Of a stretch of 64,000 bases of DNA, positions 49,458-62,599 are shown piece after piece. This DNA comes from Podarcis filfolensis (Eukaryota). The stretch lies in the NCBI GenBank assembly GCA_964270895.1, contig OZ185443.1, one strand, 5' to 3'. The notes under the pieces were generated by a model. The model was not told the DNA's origin. It did not search any database and worked only from the letters and a program-made list of their open reading frames with translations. The position numbers and the translations under genes were made by a program. The first letter of the stretch is position 1. Each line of letters opens with the position of its first letter.

Positions 49458-50866
49458 TTCACAGCCACCTCAAAAGTCAGATGAGTTTGAAAAAACTGCA
49501 GAAGCCCCTCACCACAACTTATTGATGAAGAATTTGTGAAAAAACATGGGAGAAATTTTCAATATGCAAATGCAAACAGATCACACTGTTTAACGTAGGC
49601 AGAACCTTGGTAATTCCTAGTTACCTTTCTGTAACTACCAAAAGAAAGGACCATATGCTTTTTTGTTATTATTTGATCCCTTTGTAAGCAAGGAAGTGAG
49701 AAAGTGATTGTGATCATCAGCTGCCTGCAACTTGAAGGAGCAGACTTGAAGGCTACAGCTTCAGTCCTGGCTGCCTACAATCAGGAAGTGGGGAGGGGAG
49801 GGGAGGGGAGGTAGACACCGGAGCCAGGAATATCACATTGATCCCTCGTGGATTTGCCAGAAAATCGATGGAGACAGATGCAGACCATCCTGCCCATCAG
49901 ACAACTTTGCTATAATTACAACCCATGAATGGCTTTCGCAAATGGAAATCCATTTTGGAATAGAATAACATATTTTAAGGCACAGTGCCTAGCGATTCAG
50001 GAGTCTCCTTATAATGTGATATCCTTAGGCGGTTAGTAGTTTTGCAGGGCTGAATAGACGTAATCACTGGAACTTTTCTGCCTCCTTTGGTGTTGCTGAT
50101 TCTCATCTTATCCTCTCCCTGCTCCCCTTTTAAATATGGAAAGAGTCCCATAGGAGGCGCCTCCTCCTATGGCTCACCCTTTATATTCACTAGATGAGCT
50201 CCTGAGCAGACGCATAACCATGTGCATGTTTATGAGTCTGTTCTGGAGTCGGCTAGTGCATTACTCACTTGCAAGAAATGTTTGGCATGAGTATACAGGC
50301 AGGTACAGGAAGGAATCCTGAATCTACAAATGTAGCATAAGAACTGACCCTCATCCCATTAATTTCAGGCTGTATTTTGGAAGATGAAAGTTAAACGGTT
50401 GTAATTTTGAAAATTCCACGTGTTTTCCTTTTGTGCCATCTGCCACTGATTTCCTGCCCTTCTGCTTTATCCATAATTTCTCCTCTGCCTAAAGCTTGCA
50501 ACTTAAGTATAAAGATTTCTTTCCTTTTCATAGCAGTTCCAACATAATTACGGCCCATCACTTGGATTCTAAATACACTGGGCACAATCTTCATGCACAC
50601 ACCCAAGTTGTTGTTGGGTTTTTTGGGGAGAGGGGGTCTACTTTAGAATTCAGAAACATTTCCCACCCGCACCTTATACATTTAGACTTGCAGTTGCTCA
50701 GACCTGCAAATGACACAGATCTCATGTGCACACAGATGCACAGTTTCTTGTTCAGAGGGAGGGGCTGTTCTGGATTACAGACCCCAGTCACTCCTTAGGG
50801 AAAATTAAGAGCAGCTAAGATAGACCCCTGCATCTCTTTTCTCTTGGAGAGCAGAGCCGTGTAAGG

Positions 50867-51693
50867 TAGGGTTACCAGACGTTCCCGTTTCCCGGGGACA
50901 GCCCCCAGATTTGCGAATAAGTCCATGGATAAATTCCATCCCTGAAATGTCCCCAGATTTCATCTAATGTCCCCGGGAAACACAGTAGAAGCAGTCTCAG
51001 CAGCCTGGAGCAGCTGGCTCTGGCTGGCTTCAGGAGCTGCTTGGAAGTCAATATGGTGGTGGTGCAGGGGCTCTAAGATCCAGCTTCCAGGCTGCCTCCA
51101 CCTTCCCTGACCCCAGCAACTAAGCTGTGAAAGGAGGCTTCATGCTGCCTATCAGAGCGGCCTCCCAACTCCTACTTGCGTGCAAGCAGGAGCGGGGCAG
51201 GGATCTCTCAGCTGTGAAGGGAGGCTTCACGCTGCCTATCAGAGCTTGCCTGCAAGCAGGAGGGGGCAGGGATCTCTCAGTTAGGCAACAGGAAGCCTCC
51301 CTTTCCAGCTGAGGGATCCCCGCCCCCTCCTGCTTGCACGCAAGTAGGAATGGGATTGGGGCTGCTCCAGTGGGAAGGGAGGCATTGCACTGCCCGAGCC
51401 TCCCTGCCGCCACCACTCTCGGCCTTCCTTCTCCGCCTTCCATGCCTGACCCACCGTGCACCGCTTCCCCACCACCACCACCACCGAAGAACCAACAACT
51501 CAGGGGCTGCGCAGTCTCGTGGAGAAAGGAGATAGAAGCCTCGGAGGAAGGGGAAACGTGGCGGTTGAGGTCAAGGCGGCAGCCATCCCTCTGCCACCAC
51601 TGTAGCTGAAGCATCAAGGTCCCGAACGTGTTTATTTATTTATTTATTTAAATAAAGTGTCCCGGATTCATTGAAAAAAATCTGGTAACCTTA
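50867..51693. mobile_element. Non-autonomous hAT element, 827 bp
   Basis: TIR tagggttaccaga...tctggtaacctta; 8-bp TSD GTGTAAGG; internal tandem duplication at ~51123-51280. Confidence 0.88.
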
Positions 51694-53191
51694 GTGTAAG
51701 GTGGACAATTCTGAGTGGGCAAATGGGTGGGAGGCAATGGGTTTGCACCTCATCCTCATGGAAGATAAGACTGTCAATGGATACCAGACATGATGGGTTG
51801 TGTAGTAGTTCCAGTCTCGCAGATGGTGTGCCTCTGAATACCAGTCACTGGGGAATCACAAGTGGGGAGATTGCGATTGTGCTTAGGTCCTGCCTGACAG
51901 CTGGTTTCTCATGGGCAAATGGTTGGCCACTTTGATAATGGAAGGATAGACTAGATGGGCCTTTGGCCTGATCCAGCAGGGCTCTTATGTTCCTCTCCAC
52001 TCCTTCTTCCCACTCAGGCTGAAGCAACCCACAGCTGCTTTACCCAATAAAATCCAGGGGAGGGTATGAAATGACTTGTGATCTGTCTTTCCCTCCATAT
52101 ACTTTCATTTCAACGGGATCTAGCATGCTTGGCTTTTTGTATGTTGTCATCAGGTCTGAAATGAGGGAAAGTTCCCACATGCATTTTTGGTACATCAGGA
52201 ATGAGAAGAAAGTGAGGTCATGTCGCCTCAATAGCAGATGCTGTCCACATGTTCAGTGTTCAGCTATAGAGTGGGATGGAGGCCATCACAGTGTTAAGAT
52301 GTGGAACTTCAGCTGAACTTCTAATTCAGTACATGTTTCTACAATGGCCAGTTTTGAAAGGAGTGACAGGAGAATGGTACAGAGAGCAGTTTGAAGACAC
52401 GTATTGCAACTATACTATGGAAGCTAAGCAAGCCTGGCTCTGAAAGTGCCTGGAAGAGAGGCGGCTTGGCAGCCAGCTGTAAGTCATTCTAAGCTCTGTG
52501 AAACCAAAGCAAGCTGCAAGTCTAATTAATAAATAAACTAATGTGTAACTGACTCTTTAAAACTTACAAGCAAGCACCAGGAATTTCGGTTTACACTGTC
52601 TCACTGCCATGCACACTCACACACAATTGTGGGGTCACCACAGACTGTGGAGTTTGCATTTTATGGGGAAGGGGGGCATCTGAAGAAGTGCTGTGAGCCC
52701 AAAACCTATTTTGCGTTTTCTTTGAGAAAAGAAATAGCATTCAAAAATGATTCAAAAGGGAAGAGAAACTATTGAGGAAAGCCTCATGGGTAGAAAGTTG
52801 GGGTTTTGTTATGCTTGCCTTACTTTTGAGGTGGCTGAGGGGTTTGTGAGTATCCTTTCCTTTATTCTACAAATTTGGTGTTCAGCCTTCCTGGAATCCA
52901 GCACTTCTTGAAAACCCCAGGCAGATCTTGGTTGGGCTTTCCTGTAAATACTGGAAGAGTGGGAAGTTGCCTCTCATGCTGTTGACCACCATTCCATGCT
53001 TTTTTAAAAAAAGTCAAGCCTTCATACTAAACCAGTGTGGGATATTAAATACAGTCAAACCAACAATTCATGTTTTGCCAGATAAGCACATGAGGGGGCT
53101 GAAGCTCACAGAGCTTTCCTGTAAACTTGCTAGAGAGAACTCCGTGAGATCACTCCCCTCTGTGCCCTGACAGGAAGAAGGCATAGCTATA

Positions 53192-53436
53192 CAGGGGTAC
53201 CTAGGGTTACAGACGCTTCAGGTTACAGACACTTCAGGTTACAGACTCCGCTAACCCAGAAATAGTACCTCAGGTTAAGAACTTTGCTTCAGGATGAGAA
53301 CAGAAATCACGCAGCAGCAGCGGTGTGGCGGCAGCAGGAGGTCCCATTAGCTAAAGTGGTGCTTCAGGTTAAGTACAGTTTCAGGTTAAGAACGGACCTC
53401 TGGAACGAATTAAGTACTTAACCCGAGGTACCACTG
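53192..53436. mobile_element. Tc1/mariner-type MITE (family of 6291-6516)
   Basis: TIRs and TA flanks. Confidence 0.9.
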
Positions 53437-54115
53437 TACCTGTATATGCTCCTCCCTGCCTGGGCACACTCTCTTTCCACCCTTCACCATGCCTACAGTG
53501 TGAGAACATCTGCAAAGCTCCAGCTCAGACTCCATTTTTAAGCTAGACTTAAGTATGCCTTAGTACCGGTAACTCAATTACCATTTTAAGCCTGCCTAAA
53601 CAAAGCTGCTGTATCTGTTACTCTTCAATACGTTTTCTGCGTAAGTTTTATTCACTAGACTGTTTGTATGTGATTGTTATTTTAAGGGGGAGCCAAGGGG
53701 GTAATACCAGGAAAATCCATCCTGCCTTAAAGTATCCTGGTTTACTAAAACTAAAAGGTTAACACTAGCCTAGCTAAGCTTCAAAGGGATGGCATTCTGC
53801 TGGACTCGCAAGCGCGAGGAAGGAAGGATAATAAATAAATCCTCTCCTAGCATCTAATCACATCCCAACAACCAGTGCAGACCTTTTTGAAAAAAGGTAA
53901 AAGAGAGGATTTCACTTTAAAAATAGAGAATGCAAGCACACTAACCTCAGGCACCTGGTAGACAGCTTCCCCAACCTCCCGCACTTCTGTTAAAGCACAG
54001 GGGAACTCCTTCCATGGGTTTTTTTAGATCAGAAAGTGTGGACAGCTGTGGAAGTTACATAGTGCTGGGGAAAGGGTTAACAGAAAGAAGAATGTGTACA
54101 CTGTCCTCGGTTAGC

Positions 54116-54460
54116 TAAAGGTAAAGGGAACCCTGACCATTAGGTCCAGTCGTGACTGACTCTGGGGTTGCAGCGCTCATCTCGCTTTATTGGCCGAGAG
54201 AGCCGGTGTACAGCTTCCGAGTCATGTGGCCAGCAGGACTAAGTCGCTTCTCGTGAACCAGAGCAGCGCACGGAAATGCCGTTTACCTTCCCACCGGAGC
54301 AGTACCTATTTATCTACTTGCACTTTGATGTGCTTTTGAACTGCTAGGTTGGCAGGAGCCGGGACAGAGCAATGGGAGCTCACCCCGTCGCAGGGATTCG
54401 AACCGCCGACCTTCTGATTGGCAAGTCCTAGGCTCTGTGGTTTAACCCACAGCACCACCC
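54116..54460 (-). mobile_element. Sauria SINE (Squam1-type)
   Basis: Colinear with the other copies; ctcggtta on both flanks. Confidence 0.95.
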
Positions 54461-54479
54461 TCGGTTACTTCATACTTAA

Positions 54480-55285
54480 ACAGCTCAGGACCGCAATACC
54501 TCAAGGACCGCCTCTTTCCATATGAACCTACCTGGACCTTGAGATCATCTTCTGTGCCTCCTCCTCGAGAGGTCTGGAGCACTGGTGGATGATATGCCCG
54601 TGCTGCCCAGGGAGGGCACACTCCAGAGGGGGTCTTGGCGTGGAGGGTGCTGTCTCAGGTGCGGGACAGCTGCTTGGGTGCCCGGAGCAGCGTGTGTGCC
54701 CTGCAGCCATCGGCAGAGCAAGCCACTCACGGGGCAGAGCAAGCCGCCCATGGCGGACATTTGGCACGCTGCCCACTCAGAACTTCCAAGCCTCCCCCAA
54801 GCTGTCAAAATGAAGGGGGAGGGGGGAATGCCGCCGGCAAAGTGGTGAAGCTCCCCCCCCCCCGATGGCTGGGGGTAGGCTTGGGAGTCGCAGGCAGGCG
54901 GCACACTTAATGTCACCCCCTCAGTGAGGGCACCCAGGGAGGTCTGCCTCTACTGACTCCCCTTCCTACACCCCTGGTCTGGAGGGTGGCAACATGAGAA
55001 CAGCCCTTCTCTGCAGTGGTTCCCCATCTGTGGAATGCTCTCCCCAGGGAAGTTCGCCTGGTGCCTTCATTACACACCTTTAGGCGCCAGGCAAAAAACG
55101 TTCCTTTTTAACCAGGCCTTTGGTTGACCTGATGGACATCCTATAACCTTTTAAAATGTTGTTCTTTTTTGGGGGGGGTGTTATTGGGTTACTGTCCTTA
55201 TTTTGATTTTATAGATTGTGATTTTATTCTGTGAACCACCCTGAGACCTCCGGGTGTAGGGCAGTATATAAATTCAATAAATAAA
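54480..55285 (+). mobile_element. L2 LINE 3' end, interrupted by a hAT MITE
   Basis: tacctcaaggaccgcctct..., tgtggaatgctctcccc, aaccaggcctttgg, gaaccaccctgagacctccggg; A-rich tail. Confidence 0.8.
54580..54976. mobile_element. GC-rich hAT-type MITE nested in L2
   Basis: 8-bp TSD GTCTGGAG (54572-54579, 54977-54984). Confidence 0.8.
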
Positions 55286-56444
55286 TATAAATAAATAAAA
55301 AATACTGACAGCATCAACAACAACAACAAATCCCATACTCAGCAAAATTCTAAGAGCTTCTGAAGAGATGATAAAGTACCCTGCAGATGAGGCAGAAAAG
55401 CCTCTTTTGTGGGGGAAAGAAAATATTCTGAGATATTGGAGAGCATGTTTTCGCACAGCAATAATTTGAAGTGCCCACTTCTCACAGTGCTAATGAGCTG
55501 CATGTATCGTTTCCAATGTGCCAGCACACCCTGCCGAAGGCCTCCAAGGAGGACTGGAGAAGCAGAGTCATGATGTACAAGGCCATTTTTGTATGAAAGC
55601 AAAGCGCCCTTGCCCTCCGAGCCAGTTTTCCTATGTTTTCCTTAGACCCCAAAAGATCCAGAAGAAATTATATTAACGTTTGCAATCTACATAATCAGAT
55701 ATTTCAAAGGGTATAAATAATTAGTGGCACACTGAGCTTTCTACTTACGTTTCACTAAGTCGGCATATGTAAGACAATTAATTTTACTGGGGAAATGACA
55801 ACCAGCAGAGGAACCATAATAATTACTTTCCGGGGAGAGTGCTATAATTGCCATTGCATTTTATTCTCTGGATACAAAAGTTATGAGACTGTAACTGCAA
55901 GATGAAAACAATATTTATTGCATGCTTTTCGCATTTGATTCTGACTAGCTGGGGTTAAATGCACAGCCGGTGTAATAATAATACTAGAGGCTCAAACCCA
56001 TGAATGGTACCGGGAGCTAAATAGGCTATGCATGGCGCATTTTTTTTTATATAAAAAAATTACTTCTATAAATTGTAATTTCAGTGTTTGAAACATTTTG
56101 AGCACTAAACGCCACAGGCAGTAATGTCTAGCTTAAACGTCTTCATGCTACAGCTGTTTGCAACAATACCGCCATTCATAAGTCTCGAGCAATAAAATGA
56201 CAGCTACAAATGCCTCAAAGGAGAGTGCACTGCTCTTCATGCAGGTTGCTCTAAATCTCCAGTACAGTAACTTCTGTTTCAATGAGAGCATTATGCTAAG
56301 GGAGAGGCAGGTGACCTAGAGCACTGCTTCAATCGATGCCCACAATGTTCCCCCCTCCCAAAGCTCAACCTTGCATGCGGGCTTTGGAGTGGCTCGTCAC
56401 AATGTTAATCTTCAGTAAGTGCTCTTACTAACCATGGGCAGTCT

Positions 56445-57170
56445 TGGAATTATAGAATTGGAAGGACCCTTTGAGTTCATTTAGTCCAACCCTTCTGTTC
56501 AACACAGTATTTCCAATCCAGGATGCAATTACAGGATCCCTGATTGTTTAGCTGAAACCTGTCTCCCAGCAGTTACAAGCTATTAGTTCTCCCCCCCAAA
56601 AAAAATAATGTTTATTAGTTTTTCAATTAGATACTCCACATACACATATTGTATTACATTTTACATTTATACTTGCTCTTCAGAGCTGGCTTCCCTCCTT
56701 CCTTCTTCTGGTTTTTTTATATCACATATAATTTTATCGCATTATTTTCTTCCATTTTGTATATTGTTATTCATTTGTCCATAGTGTATCCATAAACAAA
56801 TAAGTCCTCATGTTTATACAATTCTTGTTGTCTGTATTCATTTACAACTATTGTTAGTTATATTAGTTTCCTTATACATTTTACTTCTTATTATTTTCAT
56901 TATCCATCACCTGTCTCCCAGCAGTTACAAGCTATTAGTTCTAGTTACGCCTTCTGGAACAACAGAGAGCATAGTTTGGGCAACAGCCCTTTGGATATTT
57001 GAAGACATGTCTCCCCTGAAACTTTTCCACATCAAATATACACAGCTCTTTCAACCATTCATCATAAGGTTTGGATTCCAAACCTCTCGCCGTCTAGGTC
57101 TCCCTCCTCTGGACATGTTCCAGTCTGACAATGCCTTTCCCCAAATGTATCACCCAGAACTGTATCACCT
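56445..57170 (-). mobile_element. Old CR1 3' relic, interrupted by an L1-like fragment
   Basis: atagaattggaaggaccc...tagtccaaccc; ccagaactg at the far end. Confidence 0.6.
56591..56908 (-). mobile_element. AT-rich insertion resembling an L1-like 3' UTR, flanked by 34-bp direct repeats
   Basis: ACCTGTCTCCCAGCAGTTACAAGCTATTAGTTCT at 56557-56590 and 56909-56942; composition resembles 20066-20380. Confidence 0.55.
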
Positions 57171-58823
57171 TCTAACTTTGTGGATCCTTTTGCAAAAGAA
57201 GGGTCTCCATTCTCTCTTGTGCCTTATTGATTTACTTGCAGATGGTTGTACAGTAAATTCTCATGGTTTGGGGGCGTGAAGAGCTCTAACTCCTTGCCTC
57301 TTTGTCTCAGATTTCCTATTGCTCTTGCTCTGCAAATATTCCCCTGGATCTCCCCCCTCTCATACTCACATCTCTTTTACTCTCTACAAAACCCTTCCAG
57401 TGCTCTGGCCCAGGCATGGGAGACATATGACATTGCTGGGCTCCAAATCCCATCAGCCCCATCCAACACGGGACAATAATCAGGGATCATAAGAGTGGAG
57501 AGTGCAACAACAGCTGAAAGGCAAAAGACTCCCCATCCCGATCTAGTCCCTTGGGTGTGTGGGAGAGACAGTGGGGGGAACTATGTGTCTGCATGTGTTT
57601 GTGTGAATGTGAGGGCTACATTTGTGCTCTGTGTGGTATGTGCACTGACTGTGTCTTAATTTCCCCCACTCCAGAAAGGAAATTTCTCTTCCCCTCACAT
57701 TTCCGTTGATTGCATACACTGAGGTTTTTCTTTGAGGGGGATAATAACTGTTGAACATAAATTTTAGCCTTGGCATAATTTCTACACCTCCGTTTGTGGA
57801 TTCTGAGCTTTCAGCATATGAGCTCACACTGTGTGCATCAGAACTCAGAGACTGGTTATTTTGGTCTTGTGGTCAGTTGTAGGAGAGTTCTTCTCACCCA
57901 ATCACAGTCTAAACACTCCCTAGAGTTTTTCAAATTATTTTAAAATTCTGCAGCGGAAAAACCTAGGAGAACTCAGCATGTATTCATCATATCAAGGATT
58001 GATCAGAAGACCATGAAGTTAGCAATTTGCGGGCAGAGAAATCAAGGAAGAGGCAGTATGATTGGATCCTTAATTAGCTGTGATTTTTGAAGGGCTTCGG
58101 CTGAGCAGGGGCAAATCCATGGAGAGCTACTTTAGCCTGAATCTTGACACATCTTTGTTAGCAGAAAGTGAACCAAAAAATCACAGGAAAGAGATGTGAT
58201 CCAAAATTCTCAACTAAAGTACAATATCTAGGAGCACTACCGGAATTCCTTTCCCTTAAAGTAACATAGAACAGTCTGAAAGATTTCATCGCAACTTGCT
58301 GAAATGCACAGAACTTTCAGTGAAACAATTGGAGACATACAATACAGTATTTACTGGCATTAGCCTGAGTTCTTTCAGTAAGTGATAAAGTTCATTTTAC
58401 ACCTGTGAAATGCCTCTTTTACCTGGTGGAGTCTCCCCACTCATGAGTCTGTCAGCACTTACTGAATTATTCCATCTTCTCTGTCTAGTCTGTGCGTGGG
58501 AGACAGCACAGGGAATATCCTCTCTACTGTCTTACCTTCTGGGATGTCATTGGGGTCCAAGGACTGCATCCACATGAAAGTCAGACAGGAAAGTGAAGAT
58601 CTTGAGGGCAAGAGACTGGGAGAGGAAAGGAAAGCTCCCAGGTGAGAGCTTGGAAGGTTTGCCATTTTCTGGGACGGCTGAGATTAAGAGCTATCTTTGG
58701 ATAGAGAGAAGATTTTGTATTTGTTCACAGTTTTTATTATTATTATTTATTTCAATACCCTGCTGCTGATTTTCTCCTCCCTTGTTTTTGTGCTGTTGCT
58801 GTTATGAGAATCTGTTTTAATTA

Positions 58824-59083
58824 CAGTCATACCTTTTCTTATGTTTGCTTCAGGTTGTGTGTTTTCAGGTTGTGTCCCACAGCGACCCGGAAGTACCGGA
58901 AAGGGTTACTTCCAGGTTTCGCCACTCGCACATGCACAAATGTGCAAAATGACGTCACGTGCATGCGCAGAAGCGCCAAATCGCGACCCGCGCATGCACA
59001 GACACACAGACACAGGTTGCGTTCTGCTCATGTTGCGAATGGGGCTCCGGAACAGATCCCGTTCGCAACCAGAGGTACCACTG
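58824..59083. mobile_element. Tc1/mariner-type MITE (fourth family, CpG-rich core)
   Basis: CAGTCATACC...GGTACCACTG, TA flanks. Confidence 0.8.
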
Positions 59084-60319
59084 TATTATTTATCTCTTAT
59101 TCTTACAATTGTATTTGTGTAACTGTTTGATATGCATATGGTATAGCTATTATGCTTTATGTTGACATTTTGTGTTCTATGTTGTAAATCGCCCTGTGTC
59201 TTTTTGACAAAGGGCGGTATATGCATTTAATTAATTAGTTATGATAATGATAATATCTGTAACTTTTTTTTTTTTACTTCAGGTGGAGAGATAGTTTTTT
59301 TTTAAGGTGGCTGGCAATAAACAGCCTTGGAAATCTGCACGAGTGTGGTTTTTGTGGAACTGATGCTACTGTTAAGAATTATCCACATGTATGCTTGTCA
59401 GTAGTCCATCCTTTGCTCAGCTTGTATATTCTTTTTTTTTAAAAAAACAAAACACCACACACACCAAAAAACAGATATTACAAAAAAAAAAACCCCACAA
59501 GACTCGAAACAATCCTTAAATCCACCTTGCAACTTCCTACTGCCTGGGGAAATGCAAAACCATATGAAGAACAGGGGAGAAGCGGGTGGAGGCTGCAAGC
59601 GAAGTAGCGAGACAATTACACCTCTATATGCAGTATCTCAAAGGAGTCCTGGGGATATAACTCACAAAACCTGGGATCTGAGAGGTGAAGCATGCAATGC
59701 AGAGATTGGTGATGCTAATAAAAAGAGTTTATTCTCATCCCTCAGTTGTGCAATTTCTAAAATATTTTCACTGAAACTACACATAGAAAGCAGTTTTTAA
59801 TACATGTTGGTCATAGCATCGTCTATTCTGGACAATATACTTTCCCCCATGTTGTTTTGAAGTCGCTGTTTGGGCTTATCAGCAAGTCTTCTGTTTCTTC
59901 TGAAATTTCCTTCACTCATTGAGTTGTTGTTTTTTATTTTTCTTCCTACATTTCCATCCTATTGTTCTTCTAATCTATTATTTGTCAAGAACACAGTGTA
60001 CTAATTAATTTCTTTTCAACAAAATCAATCACAGGCTCTTTGCAGACAATTTTTTTAATTGAAAATTTGCTAGAGGTGTTTTTTGTTTTTTTAATTGAAC
60101 GCTAAGTTCTTGTGTCTGTGCCTCGCCCTTTATAAATCAGCTTGCAGATGAAAAATAAAAATTCAGAACTCCCCTCCCCCAACATACCTTTAATGAAATC
60201 CTAAAACAAATTAGCATATGTGGAAAAACAGTTTTTGCTTCCAGATGCTAAGTGCAAATGGCATCACAAGGTGGTTGAGGTCTAGCTCTGAGAGCTTTCT
60301 GGTGTTTTCCTCACTGCAA

Positions 60320-60530
60320 GATGTGAAGCTACAGGGAACCAAGCAGAGGGCCTTGTCAGTAGTGGCCCTCCCTGAAGATGTCAAACATATAAACAACTAT
60401 TTGACTTTTAGAAGATATCTGAAGGCAGCCCTGTTCAAGAAAGTTTTTAATGGTTGATGTTCTATTGTGTTTTAAATACTTTGTTGGAAGCCACTCAGAG
60501 AGGCTGGGGCAACCTAGTCAAGTGAACAGA
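60320..60530 (+). mobile_element. L2 LINE 3' end relic
   Basis: gagggccttgtcagtagtggccct..., atctgaaggcagccctgttc. Confidence 0.7.
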
Positions 60531-61363
60531 ATATAAATAAAATCATCATCATCATCATCATTTAGTAAGGAGAATTCCTCACTAAAATGCTGGTTAATTT
60601 CCATGTAGATTCTTTTTAAAAAAACAAAAATCACTAATTGTTGCAAAATGTTGAGAAATGAAGACTGGGAAAATGAAAAATTAAGGGATCCAAAGTTCAC
60701 AGACCCTGCCATCCATAGCCATATAGCTTAGAATGGTGACTGTCAGACTTTAATGGTCTAGCAAGACCTTTGGAAGATGATGGCTGCAATCCAGAAATAA
60801 TCCAATGGTTCTTCCTTTGAAGTCTCATGGTAACCTGTTCCAGAATTATTCCACAGTAAGGACTAAATTAGAAAGCCAGGTTAAGCTTGAGGATAAACCT
60901 GCAGCTGTCACCATAAATGCCAACCATGTACTTAACTACCTAAACCTTCCCACATCTAGTAGAACATCCTTCTCTATCCTGGAGCTCTCCAGAGGTTTTG
61001 GACTACAACTCTAACTGGCTCCAGCCTGCATGGGCTTTTAGTCTAACACATCTGGAGTGCCCCAAGTTGGTGAAATATGTAGTAGAACTTATAGCAAGGG
61101 TTTGCTGTGGTTGCCAGTGAAAAACATACTTCTGCACAGCATGGACTCCATGACATGGTTGTAATGGCTGTGGTCACTTTTCTACACTGATAAAGCAGGT
61201 TAAGTGATAGTGAATGCCATGCCAGCCCCTGGGAAGCTGCGCTGATGGCATCAGCACTCACCAAGTGATCCATGTGATCTTAATGCTTAGCCAATAGCTG
61301 AAGCATGGAGCCTTCACCCAGCAGCAGCTGTTTTTCACCAGCAACCATATTGCACATGAAATA

Positions 61364-61577
61364 CAGTGGTACCTCAGGTTAAGTACTTAATTCGTTCCGG
61401 AGGTCTGTACTTAACCTGAAACTGTTCTTAACCTGAAGCACCACTTTAGCTAATGGGGCCTCCTGCTGGTGCCGCACTGCCGGAGCACCATTTCTGTTCT
61501 CATCCTGAACCAAAGTTCTTAACCTGAGGTACTATTTCTGGGTTAGCGGAGTCTGTAACCTGAAGCGTATGTAACTG
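61364..61577. mobile_element. Tc1/mariner-type MITE with a deletion in the right TIR
   Basis: Colinear with 16670-16895; right end reads gtaac|ctgTA. Confidence 0.88.
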
Positions 61578-62186
61578 TATTTGAATCTGGTATGAATGAC
61601 ATAAGGCTGTGTATGAAATAAAATTATTTATAGGCATTTATAGGTTATGGGTTGAGTCCCTCTCCCCTTGGGCACTGCCTACAACAGCTTTCCCAAACCT
61701 GATGTCCTCCTGATGTTTTGGACAGCAACTGTCATTAGCCCAAAACAGCATGTCCAATAATCAGGGATGGTGGATGCTGTAGTCCAAAATAACTGGATGA
61801 CACCAAGTTAAGGAAGTCTGGTCTAAAACTCTGGAAGCAGAGCCAGGCAGCTTCACAGACTATAATAGCACACTTGGGAATTATGCAGATGCCTTCAAGC
61901 CCTCAGATGATGCAGGATTCTTGTATTATTGAATATCCACCCATCAGCCTGTTTATTTTAAAGCGAAGAAAAACCTCTACTTTTTCATTTAATCATTAGT
62001 AGAGGTAGGCATCATTAAAATAGCTCATTTGAATTCTTCATGGGCCGTTTGTTCCTGTATTTCATTCATTACCTGTGCATTTCTAATTAGAATGGCTGAA
62101 GTGCAACAATTCTTTTACTTTCTCTGATTAACAATTATTCCCAGACAGGGTTTTGGAACATTTTTGGAGATTTGATTTACAACATA

Positions 62187-62315
62187 NNNNNNNNNNNNNN
62201 NNNNNNNNNNNNNNNNNNNNNNNNNNNNNNNNNNNNNNNNNNNNNNNNNNNNNNNNNNNNNNNNNNNNNNNNNNNNNNNNNNNNNNNNNNNNNNNNNNNN
62301 NNNNNNNNNNNNNNN
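62187..62315. other. Assembly gap (N run)
   Basis: Run of N. Confidence 1.
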
Positions 62316-62599
62316 CAAAGCAAATCAATAGTCATACTTTCCCATCTGAGGGGAAATGGCATTTCCCCTTCCCTAATGAAATCTCTGAGCATCTAGAATT
62401 ATGAATTTTGTATCTAGTTTTCCAGTCTAGGTATGTCAGGCCTCAGCCGAGGTCCAAGACAGGCTGCAGCTTGCTTGTAGTTCTGACAGATGAGAAAATG
62501 GGGGTCAAAGGGGCCAGAGGGAGATGATGTGGTCAAAGACAGGCTGTCAGAGATCCAAACTACATGTGATGGGAACTGTGCAAAGATTGCCAAAGACAT

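Noticed and set aside
48984-49484. 166-aa plus ORF and the similar ORF at 42513-42848
   Set aside because: Shadow ORFs across Squam3-type SINEs and a GC-rich MITE.
51120-51617. Cluster of overlapping ORFs
   Set aside because: GC-rich, stop-poor interior of a non-autonomous hAT element; no transposase motifs.
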